Source: Lama glama
Taxonomy: Eukaryota
Length of the DNA stretch: 64,000 nucleotides
Assembly: GCA_028534125.1 (NCBI GenBank)
Contig: CM052817.1
Coordinates: 64,420,001 to 64,484,000 of the forward strand
Direction: 5' to 3'
Part shown: piece after piece, positions 52,611-63,855 of the stretch
Layout of the letters: every line of letters begins with the position of its first letter
Numbering within the stretch: the first letter of the stretch is position 1
Translations under genes and position numbers: made by a program
Notes under the pieces: model-generated
What the model saw: only the letters and a program-made list of their open reading frames with translations
Database searches by the model: none
Told to the model about the DNA's origin: nothing

Positions 52611-52889
52611 CCTCACAAACATAGAAAACAAACGTATGGTTACCAAGGGAGAAAGTGGGGTGAGGAGAGATAAATCAGGATTTCGGGATTCGCAGTACAC
52701 ACGACTATGCATATATAAAAGATAAACAACAAGGTCCTAGGGTAGAGCACAGGGAACTATATTCAATACCCTGACCTATAATGAAAAAGAATATGAAAAG
52801 GAATATATGTATAACTGAATGCCTATGCTGTACACCAGAAATTAACACAACACTGTGAACTGACTATACTTCAATTTAAAAAAAAAGAG
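52611..52889 (+). mobile_element. L1 3' end
   Basis: agcacagggaactatattcaa. Perfect 15-bp TSD aaatattagtccttc (52596-52610 / 52890-52904). Confidence 0.92.
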
Positions 52890-54461
52890 AAATATTAGTC
52901 CTTCTCCTCCCTAAAATAAAGCAGAGGTGCTTTGGGTGAGTGAGAACAGAAGTGTAAGGAGTCACTGAAGTATTCAGTACTAGACAAGGAAAATCTCCTG
53001 TCTGTGTTATTAGTTCAAGGCAGAGTTATTCTCTGTGAGCGGGGATTCGTTATTCCATACTTCTTATAACTAAATTGATTTTTTAAAGGGAGGGATGATT
53101 TTTTTCCCAAGGAGATTCAGAGATTGAACGTCTGGTTTAAAAAAAAAAAAACAGACAAGAAAGACCAACTAACAAATGTATTATATATGCTCACTCGTTT
53201 TCAAAAAGAACAGTAACTATGCTTTTCAAAAGGTGACAACATGAACTTGGACACGCACCGTTAACGCGTGTCTGTGAAGCTCTCCTGCTCACGTGGCGCT
53301 CGGTGTCCCAGGGGATCCGGGGCCATCACAGGTGAGTGTGCCGGAGCCGCTGAGCTCGCTGCGGCATGTTTGATGAACACTCCTGCTCTGTCACATGTGG
53401 TCAGCATTACAATATAAATTAGAAATGACCAAAGCTGCAAAAGCGGGACAGGAATAGTTTTGAGCCAAGCAGGAACACAGACCAGGAACTCTTGTGGGCT
53501 CTCTGGGAGGGAGGGGCTCAGTTTCCACAATAGTATAACTGTTTAGCTTTAAAATACCACAGACATTAAAAAAAAAAACCCTGTATCTCCAAGCATCTTC
53601 ATGTAAGAGTATTCACTTTTTTCTTATAACCTCAATCACCTTAGAAACAAAGTACATATAAAGTCTATTTTAATAGATTATAACTAGATATCATCCATAG
53701 CTAAATTCTCAGATGAATTTGGTAAGAATTTCTGACAGCTTACGACTATGCTAAGGGCTCACCCATCTCATCTTTAAAGTTCACAATGGCCCCAGAAGGC
53801 AAGAAGCATTATTGCTGCTTTATAAATGAGAAAGCTGAGATTTGAAAGCACTAAATTACTTGTCCAAGATTACATTACTATGTAGCTGAGATTCAGACCT
53901 AGGCCAGACTTCACCACGTCCACTCTGGCTGCTCTGTTTCACTGATTAGGGGTTCAAATCTGAGTCCATCTGAACAAGGCGACACTTATAATCAATGGTA
54001 GAAAGAGTCCTGGACTGAGTTCCACGTTCTAAGCATTGGTTCTGTCCCATCCTAGTCCTAGGAGGACACTTCCCTGCCATTCACTCTGTATCGTCAAGGT
54101 TGAAATAATCAAAATGGTTCTGCCAGAATCCATACAATGAATGCATGGGATGGGGCCTTAAATTATTTTTTCAGTTCATGTACTTTTTCTCTGATTGAAG
54201 TTTATGATTAAGTTCTTCCACCACTCAGGATTTTGGCAATGAAGTGTTTCATCACAACTACACATCCTGCTTTTGTCTGTGAAATGTCTCATCTGTCTCG
54301 GTCTATGTAGTGCCACCCCTTAAGAGGCTTTTCTGATCTCTCTCTCTAAAGCTGATGCCTTCTGACTCTCCCGGAGCTCCCTTCTCACTGACCTCATATA
54401 TCTTAAGCTAGCGATCAACTATTCCATACAGCTACTTGCGTGTTGCTTGTGTCCCTCTCTA

Positions 54462-54569
54462 GAATGTAAGGACTACACCTGCCCTGTTCAGCACCCTCCT
54501 TAGGCCAGGCATGGCATGGAGCAGGTGCTGGGTATGAGAATGCTCTCTTGGAGGTATTTTTCTAATACA
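54462..54569 (+). repeat. 108-bp direct repeat, copy 2 (in a probable L2 3' remnant)
   Basis: Context ctctctagaatgtaag resembles the L2 3' end. Confidence 0.95.
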
Positions 54570-56219
54570 GAAGCAAACCAGAAAAACCGCCACTGGGCAC
54601 AAAAACACACCTATTAGTATGGAAAGATTCCCAAAACTTATGATTAAGTTAAAATGCAATTTACAACATAATCCCATTTATATACATATATAAAAGTATA
54701 TTTGTGCTAAAAATATATGAAACAACAGGTAGGAAGTGGGTGGCTCTAGTGGTGTGGGATTATCAAAGTTCTAAATAATTTTCCTTTTGTTTGCCTAATT
54801 TTCCTTTACGAGCACGTATATATTACTTTTGTAAAGTACCGTGTTTGGGAACACACAGTGAAATAAATTCGGGGGTTGGGTATTAGATTGATGAAGAACA
54901 ACTCAAACACAACTTGTGACAAAAGTAAGTTCTAATGGCTGCACCAAGAAGGATGCTTAGAGAGTTTTAGCCCTACCCCTTTTATTTGATATTCATAAAT
55001 GATGTTTTTCTCAAAATCTTACAAGGTGCAAAGAAAAATTGTACCTTCAGTGCCCCACATCTATCCAGTTTCCTCACCTAAGCTTGTCTTGGTAAAAAAT
55101 CTGGAAGCACTCATCACAAAATAACAACATGGTTTTTAATAACCATTTTGTTGAAATTTAAAAGTAAAGTGACTGGAGACAATAGGCCCCAAATGGCAGG
55201 TGCTCCCAGCAAATCTCAGTATCTCTGAGCCTCAGTTTCCCCAACTACAATATAGAAGAACTAGACTGGAGCACTTCTAAGTCACCATCAGTTCTATGAA
55301 TCATCCTTTAACCATAGAATAGGTAGGAGAGTTTATAAGTTTAAAAAAAAATGGTATAGATAGAGAGTTGCTCCTGGTTACTGACTCTCTTGTATACAGA
55401 TGTACAAGTAGGCTACACTATACTTAACAATGCTAATGGTGCTAAAAACCCATAGCATTTCCATAAGAGGCAATTCAAATGCTGAAATAACCAACCCATC
55501 CTTATCCGACAAAAAGAAAAAAAAATACCATCTGACAGTTTTAAACATGCTCTTTACTAGAAACACCCTTTTAAAGACTGCTTAGGAGAGATTCATTTCA
55601 TGTAGGTTTAGAGAATCAGTTACAACATGCAGAGCTCAAGACTGAATTGCTGGTTCAAGCACAGTTATCAATAGGTTCCAGCTCAGTTCTCTTGGAATTC
55701 TTAAGAGGAAGGAGTAGCTAGGCACTAGTAATTTCTCTTAAATTTTAGAAGACAGTGAGTGGCATATCCTAGATGCCCAGAACTTTTTTGTTGAATTAAT
55801 AAAGGCAAGAACACAATACAGTGAATACAAAAGACCTCAAACCACAGAACGCCCTGCACAATCACACACTAGAAGAAGCGGTTCGAAATTTAGAGTCGTC
55901 CCCTCACCCCAGTCACAGTTCCCTCCACCTTTCACCAGCATGTTCCTGCTGAGGACAGTCGTTCTACTCATACATTCGCCCTCCTTCCACCCTTGAAAGA
56001 ACGTGTTCATCACACACTAAGAGACAATAGCAGGGAAAACAGGACAAACACCGTATCAGCAATGTCAACACGCAGCGTACTGTGAAGTTGGGAGTTTGAA
56101 CCCAGAGCTCCCAACCCCGGTTTAAATCTCGGCTCTAAGCAGCGGCCTTTAAGCAGTCTGAGTATCAGGTTTCTCAGATATCTTACTCAGGTGCTGATTA
56201 TTTGAAGATTTATTTCTCA

Positions 56220-56655
56220 TTTTTAACAATAACAGCTCTATCGAGATGTAATTCACATACCATACCATCCATCCATCCAAAGTGCCCAATTCAGTGGTTT
56301 TATAGTATAACCTAGTCTAGTTTAGAATTTTAAAACATTTTCATCACCTTAGAGGAAATCCCAAATCCGTTAACAGTCACTCCACGTTTCCCCTCATCCT
56401 CTCTTCCCCAGCCTGAGGAAATCAGCAGTCTATTTCCTATGTCTACAGGTTTGCCTGTCCTGGACATTTCATATACGTGAAATCACACAGTATGAGGTCA
56501 TTTGTGACTGGCTTCTTTCACTTACCTTAATGTTTTCAAGGTATATCTACTTTGTAGCATGTATCAATACTTCATGCCTTTTTATTTCCAAATGATATTT
56601 TATCTTACAGATGTAGCACATTCTATTTATCCATTTATCCATTAGTGGATAAAGA
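56220..56655 (-). mobile_element. L1MB-like 3' end
   Basis: gtaattcacataccatac...cctgtcctggacatttcatat...tttgtgactggcttctttcactta. Confidence 0.85.
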
Positions 56656-56829
56656 TATTTTAAAAATAGTTTCAGATACTTGGAGTGATATTTATTTAGG
56701 TGGAGGGCTTTTTTCCCCTTCAGCTGTCTTAGCTACAGCAGGGTGCCGTGTTAGCTTGGGTCTCCTAAACAGGTGACCCATAATAAAGTTCCTCGTTAAG
56801 GCAGGTAAAGTTAGTGCAATAAAGGGTTC

Positions 56830-57131
56830 TTCACTTGTCATCCCATTGCCGTGTGCTCTACACATCAAGCAACCGCAGGATCCCACCACTTTTCCCATCC
56901 TGACCTCACTCATGGTCATAAGTAGACACTCATTCCCAACAACTGTATCACCTTCAAATCTTTTCTTTTTCAATTCCTCAACTACCATCACTCCAACAAT
57001 TCTTTGCCCTTTCCAGAATATCCACTCCATCCACTCCACTACCTTTTGACTGTCCAGCAACCCCTTTACATCCTCATTTCCTTCCTCATCCAGTTTACAT
57101 GCCAGGATTCTCCACCACCACCACCACCACC

Positions 57132-57163
<32 letters not shown>

Positions 57164-58260
57164 TATCATTCTCTTGCATAAAACCTCCACTCCCATCCCT
57201 TCTACCTTCTGTTGTCCTTGCCTGGCTAAGTTACAACCCTGATCTAATGCTCTGCTTACTCTGCCCCCAAATCTGAGCAGTTGAACATGCCTGGAGAGAA
57301 ATCACTCAATATGCTAAAGGGCATTACTTTAAATTCATGATCACGTATCTCCAGAGGGCCCCCAGCATGCCTGGGAAATCCAATTTCATTTTCCTTGTCT
57401 ATTCACTCTCCCAATTTCCTCTACAGCTGTTTCACACTTTCTTCTCTCTTCTTAAATTTCTAGCCCCTTGACCTTTCTAACTCTCACTGATGAACTTGCT
57501 TCTTATTCCACTGAGAAAACAGCTGCAATCAGAAAATAACTTTCTCAGTAAAAAATAAAATAAAAGTAGAAAATAACTTTCTCAACATCCCTCCATCAAA
57601 TCTACCAACTTACCTTCACCTGGATGCATACACTCTGTCTTCCTTCAGATTTTAATGTATGAATGAACTTTGTTGATGAGCAAAAATATATAACTTTATG
57701 AAAGTTCTGAAAAGAGATTTAGACAATGGTTGAGAGTTTAGAGTTGCATTAGTGGAAAGTAAATTAGAAAACTAATTCTAGGGCCAAATTCTCCACTGGT
57801 GTGCTAGACTCCAACTCCTCTGGCATTCTGCAAAATCCTGCACAGCAAAGGAAAGTCATCATAGTTTACCACCTGGTTCATCTATGGATAAGATTCACAT
57901 AGTCAAAGTCAACCCTGAGTATTGATCTAACCAAAATTATGGAGTTATGTATCATCTATTCACTTCCCACCATGGAAGATGAACATTTAGCTTTCTCCCT
58001 CACATCTCCAAAAACAATTAAAACTGAAAATCAGCCATCTCTGCTTTATCATTCCTTTCTCAGTGCCATGACTCTTATCACTGAAACTGAAAAAGACAAG
58101 ATGACCAGTGACCTTTATATCACCATCTCAGTGACCAATTCTAAGTCCTCATCTTACTCATACTGGCAGCAACATTTGCACGGTTGATACTTTCCAGATT
58201 TCTTGAAACACTTTTTTCACTTGGCCTTTTAGGACATCACACTTTCTTGGCTTCCCTTGT
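56830..58260 (+). mobile_element. L2 ORF2 remnant, interrupted
   Basis: C/T-rich. Residual translations TETEKDKMTSDL and FLETLFSLG resemble L2 reverse transcriptase (TETAL.KVTNDL, LLETLSSLGF). Confidence 0.75.
57112..57169 (+). repeat. Compound (CCA)12(TCA)n microsatellite
   Basis: Read directly from the sequence. Confidence 0.95.
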
Positions 58261-59645
58261 ACCCAGGAGATGGCAGAACAAGCAGTCAGTTAAAGTCAAA
58301 GCACTTGCAACAGTTTGGGAGAAACTCACCAGGGCATTTTTGAGCACTTTCATGAGGAAGGTGCCAGAGATGATTCTGAAAGAAAAAGATCACTAATGCC
58401 CCTCCTCCATACCACTGGGATCTAGGGTGTTTGCTCCCCAGGTGCTCGGTTGCTGCTTTCTCTCTACTACAACAAAATCTCTGTATCCCAGTCCAGTAGC
58501 TATAACTTCATCTTTTTTTCCGATTATACCCGACTTGCACCCAGATTTGTCTGGAAAGGTGTCAGATGAACAAACCCATTTTAAAATAAAATTTACATGC
58601 AAAAGTCCCAGAATTGCTGAGGCAATACTGAAGAAAAAGAACGAAGCTGGGGGCATAACCCTCCCAGACTTCAGACAATACTGCACAGCTACAGTAATCA
58701 AAACAGCATGGTACTGAACAAAAACAGACATATGGTCAATGGAAAAGAATAGAGAGCCCAGAAATAAACCCACACACCTACAGTCTACTAATCTTCTACA
58801 AAGGAGGCAAAGAATATACAATGGAGAAAAGACAGTCTCTTCAGTGAGTGGTGTTGGGAAAGCTAGACAGCTGCATGTAAATCAAGGAAGTTAGAACACT
58901 CTCTCACACCATACACAAAGATAAACTAAAAATGATTTAAAATAAAATTTACAGAGAACCACTATGGTCCTCCACTCTGGCTCACATGGGAACTTGGTGA
59001 ACAATGTGTTCAACTAGGTAGTCATCATCCTACAACCTAGGACCTGTCAGCCCAAAGAGAATCCAAGTGCCTGAACCAGAATTAAGCTTATAGCCTCTAT
59101 ACCGCCTTCTGGCAGGGCTGCCACTTGGAGAGCATACCAAATAGGCTGGGCAAGGATTGCTGTTAGAGGAAACAAAGGGTGCCTGATGCCTGGAAATGGT
59201 CAGGATAGAATCTGAATAAGTCTATACAGCCACCCCACCCCTGAACACCACTCAGGAAGACAATGAGAAGAAACGATCCTTTTCTAGGGACAGCTGCATT
59301 CAGTGACCAACTGCTTTATTAAGATGTGTGGACCAGAAGGGTGAAGGAGGTAGAATCAGTAATATTTTTTAGTTGAAGTTGTTTAGGAGGTCATTCCAAT
59401 ACTCAGCAATACTAGGTGCCTATGGACAGGAGAGAACATGAAAGTTCCACTGAATTTCTTGAAAATTAGCCCATTGTTGACTGGCTTTTGTGATAGTAGG
59501 TGTGCTATTATCAGACTGCAAATGGTCCAGAAAGCCAAATACATAATATAGGTTCCTTCCAAAAGCCAGAATACTGGATAGTAAATGAAATTTTCCTCTG
59601 CTCCAGAGAAAGGCACCATTTCTATTTTCCAAGGCTGGTCGCTAC
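58261..59645 (-). mobile_element. Decayed class III-like ERV internal segment: integrase core and C-terminus plus env-like start
   Basis: VFGFLDHLQSDNSTP...QQWA..QEIQWNFHV..CP*APSIAEYWNDLL with D at 59512-59510 and E at 59404-59402 (D-X35-E); WSTHLNKAV; IWVQV...EVIATGLG; then NALVSFSQTVASALTLTDCLFCH. Confidence 0.8.
58598..58935 (+). mobile_element. Internal L1 ORF2 fragment with TSD and no poly(A)
   Basis: [34 protein letters not shown]. 18-bp TSD tttaaaataaaatttaca (58580-58597 / 58936-58953). Confidence 0.92.
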
Positions 59646-59739
59646 AACTCAAAAAGAGTGTCCAGGCAGAGGCAGACAGTGCCTCTGCTCACAAGATGTG
59701 CAGAAACACATGTACATACATATGCACAGATATATATTA

Positions 59740-60430
59740 ATTAGAAGATACAACAGAAGAAATGAGTTAATGATTAAAATTAATATCACCAAAATTAGAA
59801 ACAAAAAACATAAATGAACTCGTGAATATGATACCCTGAGAACACAATAGTATTTACACAAAAGTTCATATCCTGAATCTAACCATGAGAAAACATCAGA
59901 TAAACTCAAACTATAAGACAACTGACCTGTTGAATGAGATGTCATTCTCATGAACTACAAAGACTGAGGAACTAACTGTTCACTAAAAAGAAAGTGAAAT
60001 CACGACAACGAATGCAACACACGATCCTGGACTAGATGGGTCTGGTCTCAGTAAAGAAAAAGTTTGCTACAATGGACATCACTGGCACGTTGACAACTGA
60101 CAAGATGGAGTATGGACTTCAGATTAAATAATAGTATTGTTATCAATGCTAAATTTCCTGAGTTTGATAACTGTATTGTTTTTATATGAGAGACTATCTT
60201 TGCAGGAAATACACACTGGAGGATTAAGGGTCAAGAGGCATGATGAATGCAATGTATTCCCAAATGATTTAGGAGAAAAAAATGCACTTATTTCAAGAAA
60301 GACAATAATAAAGTAAATGTGGCAAAATGTCAGAAATTGGTAAATCTGGGTAAGGGGATATGAGAAATCTTTGTATTATTTTTGCAACTTTTCTATAAGT
60401 TTTTTTCTTCAAAATAAAAAGCAAAAACTT
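59740..60430 (+). mobile_element. L1MC/ME-like 3' remnant
   Basis: cctgaatctaaccatgagaaaacatcagataaactcaa and atcaatgctaaatttcctgagtttgataactgta. Confidence 0.7.
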
Positions 60431-60509
60431 TAAAAGATTTAAAATAGGAAATATTTGGGAATAAACATTGTGAATAAATGTTCACAATGTCTATAAATAA
60501 AACTTTACT

Positions 60510-60657
60510 GGGGGAGGATATAGCTCAGTGGTAGAGTGCACGCTTAGCACGCAGGAGGTCCTGGGCTCAGCCTCCATTAAATAAATAAATAAATAGATAG
60601 AGAAACCTAATTAACCCCCCACACACACAAAACTATACAAAAATAAAAAGTAAAACA
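60510..60657 (+). mobile_element. vic-1-like SINE with a deletion across the B box
   Basis: tatagctcagtggtagagtgcacgcttagcacgcaggaggtcctggg. TSD aaaactttact (60499-60509 / 60658-60668). Confidence 0.9.
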
Positions 60658-60669
60658 AAAACTTTACTA

Positions 60670-61830
60670 AGGGACACAAAAAGAGTCTTAAATAATTAAA
60701 AAGACATATCATAGGAGGAAATAATTTCAGTGCAAAAATTTAATGTGATTTCAGTTAAGATACAAACAGCAAAAATAGTCATCTTTTAAAAATACCATAC
60801 TGGATATTAAAATTTATTATAAAGTCACAGTTGAATAATGTTGTATGACCAAGTAGACCACTCAAGAGAATAATTTCAAAGACCAGAAATGCACCCAAAT
60901 GCACATGCAAATTTTAACCCAGCAATTCTAATTGCAGAATTTTGTCAGGTAGGTAATACTGGCATTTATGCAAAATGACATGTATACAAAGTCATTCATT
61001 ATAGTGTATTAGAAATATCAAAAGATTGGAAATAGCCTAAATATCTATTAATAGGGGACTGATTAAATAAATTCTGATCCTTCCACACAAGGGAATTCTA
61101 TGCATCCATAAAGAAAAATGAGGATATTCTTTATGTACTGACAGTAAGTGATCACCTAGATACAGAGCAGGGCACTTAGCACACGACCACTTATTTTTTA
61201 AAGAAGAGGGGAGAATTTACATGTGTCTATATCTATATATAAGGATATGTTGTGGTTGATAGGAAACAAAAAGTGGCAAAAGAATTCAAATAATGTCTCA
61301 TTATTGATAAAGCTCCTATCAGAGAACGTTAAGTCAGAAATGGGTCAGCAGTAGGGTTCCCAGTCCCGAAACCAGAAGCAAGTAGCCTGGTCCACCTAGG
61401 CTGGGCCCTCACAAACCTCCTCATGTGAGAGCCGTCCCTGTACATCTTCCAACATGGAGTTGCAGAGCAAAAAGTCTTTGCTGGAGCATCTTGGCTCCCA
61501 AAAGGAAGGAGAGGAAGGAAAGCTCCACACACTAATTTCTCTCCTAAACATAATTCACTCCATTCTCAGGGGAGGAGCAAGAGATAGTGTCAAAGGCCAC
61601 GAGAGTTAGAAAGAAACCCTCTGCCTGTAAACCATATAGGTGAGCAGAAAACATTCTCCCCCTGTCCTTCCTCAATAAGGTAGACAAGAAACTGCTAATT
61701 AGAAACGGGTACTAGATGGCTGGGGGACATGGACTGAAGGAGGCCATACGCTGGGGTCCCTTTTGTATTTTCAAATTTTAAACTATGGAATTATATTCCC
61801 TATTCAAATAGAAGTAAAAGTAAAATAAAT
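60670..61830 (+). mobile_element. L1ME-like remnant, interrupted
   Basis: acccagcaattc, aaaagattggaaatagcctaaatatctattaataggggactgattaaataaatt. Confidence 0.65.
61248..61677. mobile_element. Probable LTR-type insertion splitting the L1ME
   Basis: tgttg...caata termini; the L1 sequence appears to resume across it (aaggata | aggtagacaagaaactg). Confidence 0.5.
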
Positions 61831-63855
61831 AAAAACATCTGCATGTGATTCTGAGCAGATAACCAGGGGGCTGCAAAGAAGGTGACAAGACTGAATTCAT
61901 GTATTATTTGCTTCACAACTGGTGAAATTTTACCTAATTTGATAGAAATTTTTTTGCTGAAAGAGGTAACCTACCCAGAAAGGTACCTACCTCTCCAGCC
62001 ACTTTTTTGGTTCTTTCACATGAAATGAGTTGTTTGCCCATCAGGAAGCCAAAGACAGAGATCAAGAGGGCAGCTGCAGACTTGATCTGTGAAGAATCAT
62101 GAATCTAGGTGCAGTATGACCAGTAAACACCTCCCCAGCATCTGGGGCTCATACAAGGGGACACAGATAACCTCATGGGTGCTCTATGAGAAGAGCTTAC
62201 ACTAGTATTTATGATGTTAAAGAATGTCTTTTCCATGCTCTACGGGACACTTCTGCTCGCCTGACGAGCTGGGGATTGTCACGTATGATGGTGTCTGCCC
62301 GTGTAAACACAGATGGGCTTGTGCTGGTCCCCATGTTGTGCCTTTTCAGACTGACCTCTTCTTTGCCTCCTGGACGCTGACCAAATGGAGAAATGTGGAT
62401 ACAGCTCAGTGGCTCTCACCTTGACTCTGCTATTTGGGACCAGAGAGGTCTAGATTTTAAGACTATTCCTGTATGTTAAAATATATATATTAGGTTTGTT
62501 ATTTTTTGTTAGTTTTCATACCTTTTTCTACTCATGTTTCCATATTGTCAATAGACCCTAAGTGTCAAACCGGGCATATTTTTAAAACAGGCTTTGTAAA
62601 TAGGTCATGAGAGGCAGTCAAGCAAAACGTTACTAACTCACAGTCACTGAAAGTAATATTTCAAAGAATAATTGATTCAAAGTGCTTCCTTCCTGAGCTG
62701 GCAAAGGCTGAGGTGATGGTGAGGGATGTCTAACGTGCCAAATTCACAAAGGACATTTAGGACGGCAATCCCACCCTGCCCTCCCTCGCATGCTCTGACT
62801 TCCACGGAGGATGGGCCTTTCCCTGTACGGCCTTGCTTTATCTGAAGGTGTGTCATGTAATTTTGTTTCTCAGTTTTCCAGTTAGAATAGAGGAAGCAAG
62901 TGAATAAACTGTCAATGAAGGGGGAAAAGGAGGTAAGAGAAAATGTAAAAGAAATCATGAGGAATATTAAAACACAAAATAAAACAAACTAAACCTTACC
63001 TCTTCTCTCAAACACTGCAGCGTAGAAGCGGCCTCTGAACCACTGCCTCAGCCAGGCACACGCACCTACCAGGACCTCAGCCTCCCAGGCAAGGAAACTC
63101 CTCACACACTTTCGGAAACAGTGGCTGTCCCTGAACCAAAGGAGTTTTGTAATAAAACTGTCCCTTGTCCATGTGAAACTGAGGAAAAAGAGAGCAATGC
63201 AGTTAAGCTTTTATGAAGCTAAAATTGAAATAACTTTTATTCTGGTGTTATCTCCTTTCTCAATTTATGGTGGTAAAATGTTCTTTTTTTACCTTATGGA
63301 GATGGTAGATGCTGGTTGCTTTTTCTGTTTGTTTTTAGGGGGGGTTCTTGCTAATCACTTTTAAACTTCCAAGGGTGAAATACGGTATTCAGGATCTTCT
63401 AAACTTGCCTGACTAAACAACTCTTTACTGAAAAGCACCTAATAGAAACTATTTTTCCATTTTTTTTTCTATTTGCCTATTAACTATTTTTGCTAGTTGC
63501 TTTTATTTTGCCCCATCTGACAAAATTAAAAGTTTGGAAACTCCCCTCCCCAATTTTAGAATTCTACATCTTACTGACCCATGAAATACAATAACCTGAG
63601 AAACATTGTTCGAAAATGTTTGCCAAAGGTGCACCACGGGAAGTTAAATCCACTGTCAATAAAATGTGTTCAAAACAGATATCATTATGGTTAAAATGTA
63701 CTTCAAATGAATATTAAAAAACAAAACAAAACAGTGGAGCAGAACAGCAGGTGTAAAAATAATCCTTTTAAATTGCAAATAATGTGCAAATGTCACTCCA
63801 GACTGCTGGCTTCATAAATCTTTTTCTTGCTTTAGTAGTTTTAACAATCATCCTT

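Noticed and set aside
57004..57276. Poly-Pro/Ser ORF
   Set aside because: Caused by the (CCA)(TCA) microsatellite inside an L2.
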